NCBI GenBank assembly: GCA_010356995.1
Contig: ML996700.1
Location: 682,001-746,000, forward strand
Origin: Trichodelitschia bisporula
Lineage: Eukaryota
Length of the DNA stretch: 64,000 nucleotides
Reading direction: 5' to 3'
Of this stretch, positions 59,716 through 64,000 are shown in pieces. The notes below the pieces were generated by a model that saw only the letters and a program-made list of their open reading frames with translations, was not told the DNA's origin and ran no database searches. The stretch's first letter is position 1. Each line of letters begins with the position of its first letter. The position numbers and the translations under genes were made by a program.

Positions 59716-62700
59716 TCACGTGCTACTTTCCGGCGTGCTCTCCGCATCGTCATCGTCATCGTCGTCGGTTTCTGTCTCCTCCTCCGATGAAGATAGCTTC
59801 GACTGCACCACCTTCTCCACCTTCTCTTTCTCTTCCTCTTCCTCTTCCTCTTCCTCTGACGTTGACTCCTTCTCGTCGCTCTTCTCCTCTTCCTCCTTGA
59901 GCACAATCTGCCGCATAACCTTCCGGTCGAACAGATCGAGCACAAAGCGACAAAGCGGCAACCGGAAGTGATGCTCCTCCAGCACGCGCATGACCGTGTT
60001 GAAGAAGTCCCTACTGTGGAAGTACGTCGGATACTTGGACTTGAAGCTATGAAGGTAAGGAAAATAAGCAAATCGCCTTGGATAGCAGCAGCAACAATGA
60101 AGAAATAGACATACCCATGCAAGTCGTTCATGGCCTTCTTTGCCAGCACCGTGTTCCCTAGATTGCTCACCGAGAGCAAGATGCGCGCCTCCGTCGGGTC
60201 CTTCGGCACACTGCCCTTGGAACGCGGCCGCATCGTACCCAGCGACGGCGAAGGGTCGTGCGTAGCGGACCACGGCTTGATCTAACCATAGTCAGCACCC
60301 GTCAACCACCCACCCAACCTCCTGTACTCACAGAGAAGAGCTTCTTAAAGTCAATCGGCATGCAAAACCCCAGACTCTCCCCCCTCATATTCACCGTCCC
60401 ATCCCATCCCAACTCCAACAATATCTCCTGCCCATGCAAACTCCGCGAAATGAGGCCAAGGACATAAAACGCCGTCCCCCGCATCGTCATAACCGCGCTC
60501 CCCTCCGCAATCCGCACTATCCACCTCACCACATCCGAGGACTCCAGAAACGGCGCCCCGAGCTCCATACTCCCCACATTGCCCACCGCCCAGAGGCAGC
60601 CCTTGACCTTGACCAGCAATTCCTCGTCCTCTTCTTCCATGCCGAATTCGCGAATCGTGCTGACAAACTCGTCAAAATGACCTTTCTGCTCAAGCAAGCG
60701 ACACCCCTCCGTCGTCCGCGTCAACTCGCGATAAAAATGCGGCGGCACAACCCCATACTCTTGCACCTCCGCCAACATCGCCTCTTCCATCCCCGCCCAC
60801 GCATTCGGCGCCAGCGCAGGCGGCGGAACATCCATCAGCGCCCTAGCAAGACTCGCCTCAATCAGCGCCACATAACTATCATTTCTCCCAAGGAACCAAT
60901 CATCCATTTCCCGCGTAATATAATCCAGCTCATCGAGGTACTTGTACCCGACGCTCGTGGACAAAAAGCGGAGCAGTAGCGGCGCGCCGATTTCGCCCAA
61001 ATGGTCGAGGGCCGGCCGGCACTTGACGATGTACTCTAGGGAGTGCTTTTGGTGGCAAGATTCTTCGAGGATTTTGATGGCGACTTCGCAGACTTCGATT
61101 TCTGGGTCGTAGAGTTGCGTGACCAGGAGTCGGATGGCCCATTCGATAGTGCTGGGCGTGTCGCTGGCGTCGGTGGGCGCGCTGCAGGCGTATTTGCGCA
61201 GCAAGCGCGTCGCGAAGATGCGGATCGGCTTCGAGCCGCTCGTCATCGCCTTGCTCAACAAAATGCGCAAGTGACTATCAACCGCGTAACTGAGTCCACC
61301 GAGGAGGGCGCGGATGAGGTCATCCCTGTCCTGCAACTCCACAATATGATAAAACATATTGAAAATCTTCCACCGCTCCAGGATCTGCAAGCCCTTGATA
61401 TCCTTGGTCATGGCGCCGAGCATAGCGAAGTACCCCCCCGTCAACGTCTCCGTCATACGGTCCGCGGAGAAGAGTGGCGTTTCCGACGTGAATCCACTGA
61501 GCCGATCAATCTGGCTTAGACACTCGCCGAGCTGACGCACAAGCTTGCTCTCACCCAAATACCTCACCCCCTCCTGGTTCGCAAGCAGTGCCTGCATAAG
61601 CGCACACCCCACGCGGACATACCGCTGATTCGGCTTCGTATTCTTCGCCATGGAAAAGCGGTACTTAAACGGCCTATAAAACCCCACAATCCTGTGCAAA
61701 AACTTCGTGCTCCGGATAGCCTCATCGAGCCTCTTGGGATTACGCAGCGGCCCGTCGATGATAGACTGAATTACATCCCAGCGCCACTTTGTGAAATTGA
61801 TGGTGGCGAGCACGCCGCTTTCGAGCATCATGGTGCGGAAGTGCGTTTCGTCGACTTGCATCCCCTGTTGTGCTTTTGTCTGGTCCGCTTGGCGCGCGCT
61901 GTCGGGCTCGATGCTCCCGCCGTTGCTTAGCTTGATGGATTGTACGGCGGTGGACGGGTCGGAGCGGTAGAGCGTGCGGTTGACGCTGTCGACCTGGTAG
62001 ATCGTGCCGATGGCGACGAAGCGCTCCGGAGTATCGAAGCGTGCTGCCGCACGGATGAGCCCGGGCAGGACTTGGAGCTTGGCGCTCCAGCTGCTGGGCA
62101 GCATCTCGTTGGATAATTTGAGCACCTCGCCTAGGACGAGTGTGGTTTTGCGTCGCAGGGCGGGGGATAGCGGGCGCTCTTCGGCGTACAGCAGTGCCTC
62201 CATGAGGCCGGCGTGCAGCAGAACGGCGAGGACGACGGCGGTGAAGTGCTCGACTAGGTTGCGCTGGTTGCGCTCTTCTGACGCTTCTGCGTTCTCCGCT
62301 GGGGGAACTTCGGACTTCAGGTTCGTGACACGGGCGTAAGTGGTGAGGCGGCGGCCAGCTACGAACGAGGATGACCATGAGGGCGGCTTGATACGCAGTA
62401 TATCGGTGAGCAGCTCAAGCAGCGTGTTGCGGACCTGGGGTAGCTCAATGTAGAGACATTCCACAAGCGAGCGAATAGCAAGGAAATTGTTAACCGACAA
62501 CGCAATAAGACCCGGCCAACTGCGGAGCAGCGCAGCGATCACACTAGCACACGTCTTCAGCTTCTCCTCACTAGTATGCCCCGTCCCCTCCGTGAACGAA
62601 GCCAGCGGCGTCTCCAACTCGTGACCCGACCGGAGAAACCTACGCCGGCTCGGGATGTCCAACAGGAAAACGAAGGCGGATGTCAGGCTCGGCGCCGCAC

Positions 62701-63859
62701 GGTAGTTGCCATCGCCGAGCGCGTCTGTCAGAGTCCCTAGCCCGCCAGCAGCGACCAGGATTTCCGGCTTCTTGGTCAGGATTTCGGCGAGGGTGAGAAT
62801 GGCGATGTTGCGCAGCCTGTCGTCGCCATGCTCTGCAATGGCCACGATGATGCGCACGACGCCGCGTGAGAGCTCGTGCACTCCGTCCTTGATGTCCAGA
62901 AACGAGCGGACGAAGTTAAGTGCCTGCTCACGCTCGACGCTGGCTTTGCTCTCTTTGACGAGAGACGAAATTACGAGAATGTCGGTGTTGAGGGCACGAA
63001 TGGTTTGGAGCGAGCGTCGGTCGGTGATGGAATGGCGTAGCACACGATACGACGCAGCGATGACTTCGCGACTCTCGTTGAATAGCAGCCTCTGCAGGCA
63101 CGGTCCGTAAGCGGTCCAGTCAAGGTCGTAACGCAGCGTCGGGTGTAGCTTGAACAGATCAACGAGTCTATTGGAAGCGTCAACGTAGCACTCCGGCGAC
63201 ATGTCGTCTGTTTCGATCGCTTGTAGCAGCTCCGCGAGCGCAAACGTCGGTGATTCTTCCAGCGGCGGATCTACGGGAGCGAAAGTCTGTCGTGACAACG
63301 GGCGTGGCGTAGCACCATTGAAGATGAACGAGAGCCGGCCCTCATTCGCAGGCTGCGACTCCTTGGACCGCATAATCTCCTGTTCAAGACCCGCCCGCAA
63401 CTCCGCAAGTTTGCGATTCGACATGTTAAGTTCCGCCTCAGCCCTCAACTTCTGCTCCTTAAACTGCTTCGCATTCTTCGAGTTGAGCGCCTCAAGCAAA
63501 TTCTCCGACCCCGTCTTAATCTTCGTCTCCTTCTCAATCTCACTCCGTATCTCCGCCTGTCTCTTCTCAGATATACTCCTCGCATCCTCCTCCAAGCCGC
63601 CGGGAGCGGTACCAAAATCAGGCCGCGGCGTCTCACTCCGGAACGACGCAGGAGCAAAGCTCGCCGGCTGTACGGCGGTGGCGAGCGACTGATTGCGCGG
63701 CGGGTAGGCGCCGGCAGACGACATAGAGCGGGCATCGCGGCCATACCGCAATGCGGGTTGAAGGTAGTTGGCCTGGTCGAGCGTGGGTGTTGCGTCGGCC
63801 TGGCTGACGGCGACGGAGGAAGCGCCCGAGGCGGGCACGCGGTTGGGTGGTGGCATCAT
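59716..63859 (-). CDS. AVO3: TORC2 subunit Rictor (Avo3/Ste20/Tsc11)
   Basis: N-terminal HR1-like RQAEIRSEIEKETKIKTGSENLLEAL; RICTOR motifs VEREQALNFVR, FYRPFKYRFS, QLYDPEIEVCEVA, PPHFYRELTRT, KGCLWAVGNVGS and MRGTAFYVLGLIS; C-terminal FRLPLCRFVLDLFD with an acidic tail. Introns at about 60283-60331 and 60050-60115. Confidence 0.95.
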
Positions 63860-64000
63860 TGTAGCAATGTGCGTGTCTTCGGCGTCATTTCCTAGTGCGT
63901 GCGGACTACGCGCTGCAGTGAGGGGGGGTGGCGGAGGATGTGGCCGACATTCGGGGTTGGCGGGTGGATGTGCTTGGGGGGCCGAGGGGTGGGGTTTCGA

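Overview
Eukaryotic, intron-containing, GC-rich fungal genomic DNA (filamentous ascomycete, Pezizomycotina-type gene content; GT..AG introns with CTAAC/CTGAC branch sites). About 14 intact conserved genes: RPS16, a BUD7/ChAPs exomer subunit, HIR3, an F-box-like/Cys-rich protein, a MaoC hydratase-2, a Frizzled/Smoothened-like GPCR, RSC7/NPL6, a GH128 glucanase, SCH9, HRI1, a GRIP golgin (IMH1-like), lunapark, a LON/RING (CrgA-like) ligase and RICTOR/AVO3. There are also two probable orphan genes. Accessory material between these genes: (i) at least four decayed paralogs of one RNI-like LRR gene family in two clusters (1-2271 and 13284-14780), sharing intron positions; (ii) a NACHT-ankyrin NLR with an intact N-terminal domain and NACHT but four frameshifts in the ankyrin array; (iii) a 208-bp solo LTR with a perfect 5-bp TSD; (iv) a 458-bp hAT-type MITE with TIRs and a perfect 8-bp TSD just upstream of RSC7; (v) several simple repeats. 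No rRNA, tRNA or CRISPR was seen. I did not find a clearly new biological system. The best leads are the decayed LRR family, the sensor-truncated NLR, a spliced-in CaaX box on the RING-LON ligase, the long SCH9 first intron, and a recurrent 5'-C-rich to 3'-G-rich gradient within genes. Family assignments come from motif recognition, not database searches.
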